From positions 240,001-272,000 of the forward strand of contig JBGQBI010000001.1 of NCBI GenBank assembly GCA_041494705.1: 32,000 bases of DNA, in the 5' to 3' direction. A model generated the notes under the pieces. The model searched no databases and was not told the origin of the DNA. It saw nothing but the letters and a program-made list of their open reading frames with translations. Positions 15,808-24,584 of this stretch are shown piece by piece (the stretch's first letter is position 1; each line of letters begins with the position of its first letter). The translations under genes were made by a program, and so were the position numbers. Origin of the DNA: Candidatus Methanoperedens sp. (lineage in GTDB: Archaea; Halobacteriota; Methanosarcinia; Methanosarcinales; Methanoperedenaceae).

Positions 15808-18063
15808 CTATTTGTCATTCCCAAAAGCCCCCATCATCGCCTGCCCGAGGCTTATCCCCCCGTCGCCGCAAGGCACTTTTGTGTGCACGACGAATTCAAA
15901 ACCTTCTTCCTCTACGATATTTCTTGCGGTACTGATAATGGCATTATTATAGGCAACGCCGCCTGAAAAACCAATCACGTCAATTTTCTTATCCCGCGCA
16001 GCGCTAATCGCCATTTCACACAGTCCTCTTGCCAAAGCAGCCTGGGACGACGCAGCGATATCGGGATACGAATATTCATCCCTCGCAAGATATACGGTTT
16101 CGATTATCCCTGTTGTATCAAATACATACTTCCCATCGATTTTATTGAATATTACAGGCATATCCACGATATTTTTTCCTTTCATTGTAAAAGCCTCAAG
16201 TTTCATGGCGGGTTCGCCTTCATACGTCCTCCCGGTACAAACCCCGAGCAGTGCCGCGATGGCGTCAAGTATCCTTCCGGCGCTTGAAGTAAGTGGCGAG
16301 TTGAAACCTGTTTCCATTTGCTTTAAAACAATCGCCAGTTCATTCTTTTCAAAATAAGGTTTGAATATCCGGGAAAGCTCATCGGGCTTGTATTTCCTTG
16401 ACAAAACGCCCGCAGCCATACGGGCAGGATATCGCGCTGCAAGGTCGCCGCCCGGCATCAGTTGCGGCAAAAGATGCCCCGCGCGCTCAAAACTTTCGCC
16501 AGCGATGATTATTTCGCCTCCCCATGCAGTCCCGTCATTCCCATATCCCACGCCGTCAGCCGCAATGCATACCATTTTCTCACGACCGCTTTCTGCCAGG
16601 AGCGATGCTGCGTGGGCAAAATGATGCTGGCATTTTATTAAAGGAACATTGAATTTTTCGCTTAATTCTTTCCCCAGCGCCGAGGTATTAAAAGACGGAT
16701 GCATGTCCACGGCTACCGCATCGACCTTATCAACTCCTGTCAATTCCATGAGGTTTCTGACCGCTGATTCAAGGTATTCAAGCGTTTTGAGTTTTGTTGT
16801 GTTGCCAATATACTGTGTCAGGAAAGCCCTGTCCTTTTTCAGGATACATGCGGTCACATCAAGTTCCGCGCCCAGCGACAGCACGGTTCTTTTTGTGTCT
16901 GTTACTTCCACCGGGGAAGGAACAAAACCCCGCGACCTCCTGATAAATGCCGCGTTATTATTCAATACCTTAACTACGGAATCATCGCATCTGTTTTTAA
17001 TCATCCTGTTGTGTATCAACGAAAAATCCACGCCCAGCGAAAGAATATCCTCGTTATCGATTGACATCGGTTCGCCGGGGATGTTTGCCGAGGTCATTAC
17101 AAAAGCAGGCTCGTTTGAGTAATGGAACAACAGGTGATGCAAACCCGAATACGGGAGCATGATACCAATATTGCCAAGACCCGGGGAAATATTCGTTGAA
17201 ATCTTATCTTTTTTCGAAAGGATGAGGATAGGTCTTTCCATTGACGAAAGAAGTTGTTCTTCTTTTTTGGAAATGAACGCAATCCTTTTCGCCTCAACCA
17301 TATTCCGCGCCATTATTGCAAAGGGTTTTGCGGGTCTTCCAAGAACCCTCCGCATCCGTAATATTGCATCATCGCCTGTCGTTCCTGTTACAAGATGAGT
17401 GCCCCCGGTTCCTTTTACGGCCACTATTTTCCCGCTATCCAGAAAAGCGGCTGCGTCCTTAATCGGGTTTTTTGAAAAAATATTTTCCCTGCCCCTGTAC
17501 AGCTCATAGAAAGGACCGCAATCAGGGCAGCAGACCGGCTCGGCATGAAACCTCCTGTCCGTGGGGTCAAAGTACTCATGCCTGCAATCTCCACACATCC
17601 GGAATTTTGACATCGTGGTATTTTCCCTGTCGTAAGGCAGGGATTCTATCATCGTGAAACGCGGACCGCAGTCCGTGCAGACCGTGAATGGATACAGGTA
17701 CCTCCTGTTCGTGCTATCAAAAACCTCACCCAGGCAGGCATCGCACATGGCAGCATCCGGCGGCATTATGGAATCCGGGTTGCCCTGCTTTTCACTTTTT
17801 AAAATGAAAAAATCACTGTACTTTTTTTCTTTCCCTGGTTTTATATCGATATTCGTTATCCTGGAAAGCGGCGGGCTGTTATTCCTGACCGTATCCAGGA
17901 AACTTGTGATTTCCTCCTCATTTCCTTCAAGCAAAAGTTCTACGCTGCTGCATGAATTCCTGATATACCCGTGGATATTGTTTTTTTTTGCTGTCCTGTA
18001 AATGAAAGGACGAAAACCCACGCCCTGGACTGTACCGCTGATTGTGACCTTGTATTGGGGCAT
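15808..18063 (-). CDS. hypF: [NiFe]-hydrogenase maturation carbamoyltransferase HypF
   Basis: Acylphosphatase domain (VQGVGFRPFIY), two CxxC...CxxC zinc-finger pairs, and YrdC-like and Kae1-like domains. Length 751 aa. Confidence 0.93.
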   Translation of the reverse strand: MPQYKVTISGTVQGVGFRPFIYRTAKKNNIHGYIRNSCSSVELLLEGNEEEITSFLDTVRNNSPPLSRITNIDIKPGKEKKYSDFFILKSEKQGNPDSIMPPDAAMCDACLGEVFDSTNRRYLYPFTVCTDCGPRFTMIESLPYDRENTTMSKFRMCGDCRHEYFDPTDRRFHAEPVCCPDCGPFYELYRGRENIFSKNPIKDAAAFLDSGKIVAVKGTGGTHLVTGTTGDDAILRMRRVLGRPAKPFAIMARNMVEAKRIAFISKKEEQLLSSMERPILILSKKDKISTNISPGLGNIGIMLPYSGLHHLLFHYSNEPAFVMTSANIPGEPMSIDNEDILSLGVDFSLIHNRMIKNRCDDSVVKVLNNNAAFIRRSRGFVPSPVEVTDTKRTVLSLGAELDVTACILKKDRAFLTQYIGNTTKLKTLEYLESAVRNLMELTGVDKVDAVAVDMHPSFNTSALGKELSEKFNVPLIKCQHHFAHAASLLAESGREKMVCIAADGVGYGNDGTAWGGEIIIAGESFERAGHLLPQLMPGGDLAARYPARMAAGVLSRKYKPDELSRIFKPYFEKNELAIVLKQMETGFNSPLTSSAGRILDAIAALLGVCTGRTYEGEPAMKLEAFTMKGKNIVDMPVIFNKIDGKYVFDTTGIIETVYLARDEYSYPDIAASSQAALARGLCEMAISAARDKKIDVIGFSGGVAYNNAIISTARNIVEEEGFEFVVHTKVPCGDGGISLGQAMMGAFGNDK

Positions 18064-18129
18064 CGGTATATCATCTCAATAAAAGACTATTAATTTATGC
18101 AGATGTATAGCTACTGGTTTGAGTCATAT

Positions 18130-19143
18130 ATGAAAATCCTCTTATCTCACGGCGCCGGCGGTGAAATGATGAACAGCCTTATCGCAGATTCGATATTGAA
18201 AAATATCTCTTTAAGGAACCTTGGCGAGGTGGGACTGTCCGACCTTGATGACGGCGCCTCGATTTCATTGGGCGATAAGGAACTTGTAATAAGCACGGAC
18301 AGCTACATAGTTTCACCTATTTTTTTCCCGGGCGGGGACATAGGGAAATTGGCGGCATGCGGCACCATAAACGACATTTCCATGATGGGTGCGCGCCCGA
18401 TTGCCCTTTCCCTTGCAATTATTATGGAAGAAGGTTTTGAAACCTCAGAACTTGAACAAATAATCCGCTCAATCGATGAAATTTGTAAAATCACGGGAGT
18501 ATCCGTAATCACAGGGGATACCAAAGTCATGCAGAAAGGAAAACTTGATAAAATCGTGATAAACACCACAGGAATAGGTTTAGCAGGGCGGGGGAAAGTG
18601 ATAAAAGATTCAAACCTCTCGGCCGGAGACAAAATAATCGTTAGCGGCACAGTGGGCGACCATGGTATTTCTCTTTTATCCTTCAGGGAGGGATTCGGTT
18701 TTGAGACAACGCTTCGCTCCGATGTCGCCCCCCTCTGGAACATGGTTGAAAAAGCTCTCATGACCGGGGGCATTACCGCTATGCGCGACCCCACGCGAGG
18801 CGGGCTTGCAGCCACGCTTAACGACTGGGCGCGAAAAAGCAAAACCGGGATAATCGTCCATGAAGAAAAGATACCGCTTAAACCCGAAGTTGAAGCTGCA
18901 TCGCGTATGCTCGGTATCGACCCTTATACTGTTGCCAACGAAGGGAAAGCCGTAATCGGGGTCAGGAAAGATAAAGCTGAAAAATTGCTTTCGGTTCTTC
19001 GCAGTACAGATGAGGGGAAGAATGCGGAGATTATAGGCGAGGTTGTAGACAATTATAACGGAAAGGTTATACTTGAAACAATAGTAGGCGGGAAAAGAAT
19101 CATGGAACCGCCTGTGGGAGACCCTGTGCCGAGAGTTTGCTGA
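18130..19143 (+). CDS. hypE: Hydrogenase maturation protein HypE
   Basis: MKILLSHGAGG..., PurM-like fold motifs and the conserved C-terminal ...PRVC. Start moved from 18097 to the ATG at 18130. Confidence 0.92.
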   Translation: MKILLSHGAGGEMMNSLIADSILKNISLRNLGEVGLSDLDDGASISLGDKELVISTDSYIVSPIFFPGGDIGKLAACGTINDISMMGARPIALSLAIIMEEGFETSELEQIIRSIDEICKITGVSVITGDTKVMQKGKLDKIVINTTGIGLAGRGKVIKDSNLSAGDKIIVSGTVGDHGISLLSFREGFGFETTLRSDVAPLWNMVEKALMTGGITAMRDPTRGGLAATLNDWARKSKTGIIVHEEKIPLKPEVEAASRMLGIDPYTVANEGKAVIGVRKDKAEKLLSVLRSTDEGKNAEIIGEVVDNYNGKVILETIVGGKRIMEPPVGDPVPRVC

Positions 19144-19154
19144 TATTAACAACC

Positions 19155-19161
19155 TTTTTTT
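19155..19161 (+). terminator. T7 tract after hypE
   Basis: CCTTTTTTTC lies 12 nt after the hypE stop, and a second T6 lies 20 nt further on. Confidence 0.45.
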
Positions 19162-19288
19162 CACCAAACCTGGATTCACACTTTTTTCACACAATTATAT
19201 ATAACAATGAACAGCAACTTTATTATATAGATACTTAACAAATATTTGTCTGCTCTATACAAAGAATAATCAGACAACAACAGGGAAA

Positions 19289-19534
19289 ATGGATAGAAAT
19301 AAGATGGATATCACAATCGGTCGCTGCAGTGTTGCCTGCGAAGTGTGTAAAAATTTCAATCACGGATGCCTTGGGTGCAATATAGAGAACCAATCAAAAA
19401 ATTCCTGCCTTATTTTCGTTTGCGCAGAAGAAAAGAACATCCAATATTGCCTTCATTGCGATGAATATCCCTGCAACCTGATGAGAGGCTTATCAAAATC
19501 TTATTGTCCGGTTTTTTCGACAATCAAGCTATAA
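19289..19534 (+). CDS. Small Cys-rich protein, DUF3795-like (CSVACEVCKNFNHGCLGC...CLIFVC...YCLHCDEYPC)
   Basis: 81-aa track ORF with 12 Cys in a DUF3795-like spacing and its own AT-rich promoter region. Its 3' end overlaps the hypD 3' end by 6 nt (convergent). Confidence 0.6.
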   Translation: MDRNKMDITIGRCSVACEVCKNFNHGCLGCNIENQSKNSCLIFVCAEEKNIQYCLHCDEYPCNLMRGLSKSYCPVFSTIKL

Positions 19535-20608
19535 CACCAGGTTTCCATACCTGTATGCGATATTGCACGTTCCTTCACTTGATACCATGCATGCGCCCAC
19601 AGGATTTTCAGGTGTGCAGAGTTTCCCGAAAAGCTCACAGTCCACAGGGTTTGACAAACCTTTGAGTATATTCCCGCACAGCGGGCAGTCTATTCCGCAG
19701 GATTCACACTCGATTGCCTCGATATCAAACCTTTTTTCCGCATCATGTTCTGAAAATTCACTCTTAAGCTTCAGGCTTGCATCGGGAATTACCGGCAATC
19801 CTCTCCATTCTTTACTGCACGGCTCAAAAACGTCTGCCATCAACTGCCTGGCTGAGGGATTACCTTGCGGTTTTACCACCCTCCAGTATTCATTCTCTAC
19901 AATCGCGGTATTATTCCCAAGCTGCCTTAATATCATGAAAACCGACATCAGGACATCAAGAGGCTCAAATCCTGAAATTACCTGTGGAATATGGTATTTT
20001 TCAGACAACGGGATGTAAGGCGGAACGCCGATAATTGTGGAAACATGTCCCGGGTCAATGAAACCGTCAATCCTGTATCCGCCATTCAGGAGAAAATCCA
20101 TAGCAGGCGGGACAACCCTGTGGGAACAGAGCACGCTGAAATTCTCCGGCGGCTCCTTAATGAGCACCTGCGCCGTCATTGGCGCCGTGGTTTCAAACCC
20201 GATACCCAGGAATACAACGTTTTTATCAGGATTCCTCCTGGCAATCCCGACAGCCTCGAATGGGCTGTAGATTATTCGTATGTCCCCGCCAATTGCTTTT
20301 TCTTTTGCAAGTGAAGAAGCGCTGCCCGGAACACGCAGCATGTCGCCGTATGTTGTTATTATTGCACCCATACGTGATAGCTGGATGGCTTTGTCTATTT
20401 CAGCCCGGGGCGTTATGCATACCGGGCATCCGGGACCGGGAACAACTTCAACGTTTTGGGGAAGGAGCGCACGCAGCCCGTTTTTCGTAATTGTTTGTTC
20501 ATGCGTTCCGCATACGTGCATGAGCTTTATTTTATTTGTTCCTGAAATGTCCTTTATCTTCCGGATTATACGTGTTGCAGTGGATTTATCATTAAATATA
20601 TTCTGCAT
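19529..20608 (-). CDS. hypD: Hydrogenase maturation Fe-S protein HypD
   Basis: MHVCGTHE, GPGCPVC, FETT and the C-terminal Cys-rich motif. Confidence 0.93.
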   Translation of the reverse strand: MQNIFNDKSTATRIIRKIKDISGTNKIKLMHVCGTHEQTITKNGLRALLPQNVEVVPGPGCPVCITPRAEIDKAIQLSRMGAIITTYGDMLRVPGSASSLAKEKAIGGDIRIIYSPFEAVGIARRNPDKNVVFLGIGFETTAPMTAQVLIKEPPENFSVLCSHRVVPPAMDFLLNGGYRIDGFIDPGHVSTIIGVPPYIPLSEKYHIPQVISGFEPLDVLMSVFMILRQLGNNTAIVENEYWRVVKPQGNPSARQLMADVFEPCSKEWRGLPVIPDASLKLKSEFSEHDAEKRFDIEAIECESCGIDCPLCGNILKGLSNPVDCELFGKLCTPENPVGACMVSSEGTCNIAYRYGNLVL

Positions 20609-20829
20609 CAGACAGCCGCCTTTAACATCTCATCCCAGAGTTTCAATGTTTCAAGCGCTTCTTCCTCATCCATCTTTGAAATGGCATAACCCACATGGAC
20701 AAGGACATAATCCCCAACGTTTACATCGCTCAACATACTGATATTCGCTTTCCTTGTTACGCCCCCGTAATCCAGTATCGCTTCCTCGCCGTTGATAACT
20801 GTTACTCTGGCAGGTACTGCAAGGCACAT
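20608..20829 (-). CDS. hypC: Hydrogenase maturation chaperone HypC
   Basis: MCLAVPARV... has the essential Cys2. Start set at ATG 20829, and the stop overlaps the hypD ATG (TGATG). Confidence 0.9.
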   Translation of the reverse strand: MCLAVPARVTVINGEEAILDYGGVTRKANISMLSDVNVGDYVLVHVGYAISKMDEEEALETLKLWDEMLKAAV

Positions 20830-20852
20830 GAGTGATTTATTATTCAAGAAAG

Positions 20853-20860
20853 TATATATA
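20853..20860. promoter_or_regulatory. Palindromic TATATATA box shared by the divergent hypCD and hydrogenase structural operons
   Basis: This is the only TATA-like element in the 80-bp gap. It lies 24 nt from the hypC ATG (implying a leaderless transcript) and about 50 nt from the small-subunit ATG. Confidence 0.4.
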
Positions 20861-20909
20861 GGTGTGCTGAGTTATTAAAATTAAGGAAAAACGGGACGAT
20901 GGTGTTATT

Positions 20910-21968
20910 ATGTTGAACAGAAGAAATTTTCTAAAAATTGCCGGAGCCGTAGGCGCGGGAATGTTCCTTGACCTTTATGGTTTGGATGTTGTTAAAGCAA
21001 TAGAACAGGCTGGAGAAAAAGGCGTCAAGCTCGTGTGGATCCAGGGACAAAGCGACTCAGGATGCACGATTTCATTATTACAGGGCCAGCATCCCGACAT
21101 ATATGATGCGATAATGAAATTGAATGTGGATATCCGGTTCCATCCCACAATCATGGCAGCGCAGGGTGAAGAAGCGATGAAAGCGCTGGATATTGAGCCC
21201 GATGTGCTTGTCGTTGAAGGCTCCATACCCGACCCGAAATTCGCTGCAATGGGGGAGCGGCCTGTAATAGACATTCTCAAAGAATTAGCTGCAAAGACGA
21301 AAATTGCCGTTGTGGCGGTTGGAGCATGCGCCACTTACGGCGGTATCCCGGCTGCTCACGGCAATGTCACCAATTCCGTTGGCGTGCAGTATCATAAAAG
21401 CAAAAAAGGCGGGGCTCTTGGCGCGGATTTCAAATCAAAAGCAGGTCTTCCGGTTGTGAATCTTCCCGGCGACCCGGCGCATCCTGACCACGTTCTTCTA
21501 ACACTTTCCGCCGTAATCCTCGGTGTCATCCCCGAACTTGACGATAAAGGGAGACCGAAGCTTTTCTTTAACGATCTGATACACAACCAGTGCGCCAGGA
21601 GAGGATTCTATGACAAAGGACAGCTTGCCGCAAGTTTCCACGAAACAGATTTCTCCTATGAAAAATGCCTTTATAACCTCGGATGCCGCGGTCCTGTAAC
21701 TAATTCAGACTGCGCTTTCAGGAAATGGAACGGCGGTATTAACGTATGCATGAATGGCGGCGCGCCATGCATTGGCTGCTTCAATGAAGGTTTTCCCGAT
21801 GATATGTCGCCGTTATTTGAACCCATAGAAAAGGTACCCACGCTTCTTGGAATAAATGCAGTCGATGCCGGGAAAGTTGCTGTCGCTGTTACAGCAGCAG
21901 GTATTGCAGCCCATGCAATCCGGCGTGGTATTACTAAAAAACCCGGCCGTGAAGAGGAGGAGAAATAA
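20910..21968 (+). CDS. [NiFe]-hydrogenase small subunit, Tat-exported, with a C-terminal membrane anchor
   Basis: Twin-arginine signal NRRNFLK. Motifs GACATYGG, HNQC, CLYNLGCRGPVTNSDC and APCIGC are present. The C-terminal hydrophobic helix is followed by a charged tail. Confidence 0.92.
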   Translation: MLNRRNFLKIAGAVGAGMFLDLYGLDVVKAIEQAGEKGVKLVWIQGQSDSGCTISLLQGQHPDIYDAIMKLNVDIRFHPTIMAAQGEEAMKALDIEPDVLVVEGSIPDPKFAAMGERPVIDILKELAAKTKIAVVAVGACATYGGIPAAHGNVTNSVGVQYHKSKKGGALGADFKSKAGLPVVNLPGDPAHPDHVLLTLSAVILGVIPELDDKGRPKLFFNDLIHNQCARRGFYDKGQLAASFHETDFSYEKCLYNLGCRGPVTNSDCAFRKWNGGINVCMNGGAPCIGCFNEGFPDDMSPLFEPIEKVPTLLGINAVDAGKVAVAVTAAGIAAHAIRRGITKKPGREEEEK

Positions 21969-23443
21969 TGGTAACCGAGATTAAAATCGACCCTGTTACG
22001 CGAATAGAAGGGCATCTTGGCATTTCGGTCAAAGTGGATAATGGAAAAGTCATTGATGCACAGAGCCACAGCACCATGTTCCGCGGGTTTGAAACCATTC
22101 TTATCGGGAGAGACCCTCGCGACGGTCCCGTGCTTGCCCAGAGGATATGCGGCGTATGCCACCAGAGCCACCGCATCACCGGCGTCCGGGCTCTTGAAAA
22201 TGCAGCTGGTGTAAGCGTAACTGACGGGGCGAGGAAAATGCGGAATCTCATCGAAGCGGTTACCACTCTTTATTCCCATGCCCTGTGGTTCTATGCCCTC
22301 GGCGCGCCGGATTACAGCGATGCGATAACAAAAAGCGGATTGAAAAGGCTTGACCCGATTACCGGACAGGGATACCGGGAAGCGGTAGCTAACCAGAGGA
22401 AATTGCATGAGGTATTATCGATTCTCGGGGCAAAAGTCCCGCATCAGATGACCTACATCCACGGCGGGCTGACACATGAACCCTCGGTTGAAAAAATAAT
22501 GCAGATGAAGACACGGGTGCTTGAAGTCTCAGACTGGATAGGTAAAACCGCAGACCTTCCTTCTGTGCTCGATGATGTTTCTGCCGGAAAGCATGATTAT
22601 TCCAAGGGATATGTATTGAACGATGTAGTTGACTGGGCTGTTTACGCCCTCAAAGAAAAGGCGGATACGTGGGGAGTGGGGCACCAGAAATACATCTCGT
22701 ACGGCGTTTATGACATGCAAGACGGAAGCTCATTTTTACCTTCGGGCGTCTGGGACGGCGCAAATGTGATACCAATGGATGAAAAAAAGATAACCGAGTA
22801 TGTAAAATACTCATGGTACACTGATGATTCCGGGGGAATGGCAACACGCGATGCGCCCATACCAAAAGTGGATACCGAAAAAGCCGGAGCGTATTCATGG
22901 TCAAAAACCCCGCGATACGGTACTATGGCTGTGGAAGGCGGTCCTCTTGCAAGAATGGTCATTGCTGGACTTGACCCGTTTGACCTGCGGAAAAAACTCG
23001 GAGGCGGCGCTGAAAAGGCATCCACGTTCAACCGCACCATAGCAAGGATGCAGGAAGCGCTTATCCTCAGGGATAAAATTGTGGAGTGGCTTGATGAACT
23101 CAAACCGGGCGAAAAAACCTACACCGACTTTGAGGTTCCGGACAGCGCCCTTGGCGTCGGGCTCTGGGAAGCGCCCCGGGGTCCTGTGGGACACTGGACC
23201 GAAATAAAAGGTAAAAAAATAAACCGCTACCAGGTCATCGCGGGCACCACCTGGAATGCCACGCCAAAAGATGATATGGGACAGCGCGGAGCAATCGAGG
23301 AAGCTCTTATCGGGGTCCCGGTTCCGGATGTCAGGAATCCCATAAATGTCGTAAGAACTGTACGCTCTTATGACCCCTGCCTGTCCTGTACTGTCCATGT
23401 ATTGGCACCCGGCGGACAGAAGTACAGCATGCAGATTACATAG
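21968..23443 (+). CDS. [NiFe]-hydrogenase large subunit
   Basis: RIEGH, RICGVCHQSH (N-terminal CxxC), FRGFE, and C-terminal DPCLSCTVH followed by a 14-aa cleavable extension. ATG overlaps the small-subunit stop (TAATG). Confidence 0.93.
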   Translation: MVTEIKIDPVTRIEGHLGISVKVDNGKVIDAQSHSTMFRGFETILIGRDPRDGPVLAQRICGVCHQSHRITGVRALENAAGVSVTDGARKMRNLIEAVTTLYSHALWFYALGAPDYSDAITKSGLKRLDPITGQGYREAVANQRKLHEVLSILGAKVPHQMTYIHGGLTHEPSVEKIMQMKTRVLEVSDWIGKTADLPSVLDDVSAGKHDYSKGYVLNDVVDWAVYALKEKADTWGVGHQKYISYGVYDMQDGSSFLPSGVWDGANVIPMDEKKITEYVKYSWYTDDSGGMATRDAPIPKVDTEKAGAYSWSKTPRYGTMAVEGGPLARMVIAGLDPFDLRKKLGGGAEKASTFNRTIARMQEALILRDKIVEWLDELKPGEKTYTDFEVPDSALGVGLWEAPRGPVGHWTEIKGKKINRYQVIAGTTWNATPKDDMGQRGAIEEALIGVPVPDVRNPINVVRTVRSYDPCLSCTVHVLAPGGQKYSMQIT

Positions 23444-23451
23444 GTGATACC

Positions 23452-24096
23452 ATGGAAAAAGTAACGGTTGAAAAATTCGCCCTCGGTGTCAGGGCGACAC
23501 ACTGGCTTCATGGAGCCCTGATAATCGGATTTTTAATTACCGGGTACGGGATTTTCAGCAGGACGTATCTTTTCGGGGATTATGCCACGAATCTTGCGCT
23601 GCATATGATAATGGCATTTATTATCCTGATGAATGGTCTCTGGCATATTTATTTCATGACCGTGACAGGAGAGCCCCGCTCAATATGGATTTCATTGGAT
23701 GACATTAAGGATATAATAACAATCGCAAAGAATTTTCTTGGTATCTCAAAGGAATATCCGGAATACGGAACGTACGACGTCAAAGCTAAAAGATTTTATG
23801 GGAAATACCATCCCGTGATTAAAATCAAATACTGGGGAGACCTGTGGTTCCTTGGTTTTGCTGCAATAAGCGGGTTCAGTTTGTATTATGTTCCGGTCTT
23901 TAATTATGTCAATTTTTATGCGAACCTGATGGGCCTGAATATTACCCTGTTATGGTTCAGGGCAATCCACATCATCGTTTTCCTGTATTTCTTCTGCGTA
24001 TTGATGTTCCATGTATATCTGGCGCTCATACCTGTGAACAGGGAACTCCTGAACTCCATGATATACGGAAAAGAGAATGCAGAGGTACACGAATGA
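23452..24096 (+). CDS. Hydrogenase b-type cytochrome membrane subunit (HyaC/VhtC-like)
   Basis: About 4 TM helices with conserved His (HWLHG, LHMIMAF...WHIYF, RAIHIIVF...FHVY). It lies directly after the large subunit. Confidence 0.75.
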   Translation: MEKVTVEKFALGVRATHWLHGALIIGFLITGYGIFSRTYLFGDYATNLALHMIMAFIILMNGLWHIYFMTVTGEPRSIWISLDDIKDIITIAKNFLGISKEYPEYGTYDVKAKRFYGKYHPVIKIKYWGDLWFLGFAAISGFSLYYVPVFNYVNFYANLMGLNITLLWFRAIHIIVFLYFFCVLMFHVYLALIPVNRELLNSMIYGKENAEVHE

Positions 24097-24584
24097 AGAC
24101 CCCGTGTTTAAATACGGGGACTGATGACCTTGAGCAAAAAATTGTCATAATCGGTGTGGGAAACCTGTTGATGGGGGATGACGGCATAGGTATCCATGTG
24201 GTCGAATCTCTCAGGAGGGAAAAGCTTCCCGGAAATGTACTGGTCTTTGATGCTGAAACAAGGGCATTTGATGTGCTTGAATACATGGACGGAAGCGACA
24301 AAACGGTGATAGTGGATGCCTGTAAGAAAGGCGGCGCGCCGGGAAGTATTTACAGGTTTACGTTTAATCCTGCCGGTGATATTGATGAATCGTTTAACCT
24401 GAGCCTGCATGACATCAATTTTATTGATGCGCTCAGGGCAGGCAGGGGAATTTATAAATTGCCGGAGGAGATTGTGATAATAGGGGTTGAACCTGATGGA
24501 CTTGATTGGGGGATTGGATTGTCGCAAAAAATTAACAATTGTTTTAAAGAGATAATTGAAGCAGTAAAATCTGAAATGTCCTAG
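24093..24584 (+). CDS. Hydrogenase maturation endopeptidase (HyaD/HybD/VhtD family)
   Basis: IVIIGVGNLLMGDDGIGIHV motif. The ATG at 24093 overlaps the cytochrome b stop (ATGA). The track ORF start at 23952 lies inside the cytochrome gene and was rejected. Confidence 0.88.
   Translation: MKTPCLNTGTDDLEQKIVIIGVGNLLMGDDGIGIHVVESLRREKLPGNVLVFDAETRAFDVLEYMDGSDKTVIVDACKKGGAPGSIYRFTFNPAGDIDESFNLSLHDINFIDALRAGRGIYKLPEEIVIIGVEPDGLDWGIGLSQKINNCFKEIIEAVKSEMS

Noticed and set aside
21968-23443. Selenocysteine or other recoding in the hydrogenase large subunit
   Set aside because: The ORF is uninterrupted and the C-terminal motif reads DPCLSC with ordinary Cys codons. There is no in-frame TGA or TAG.
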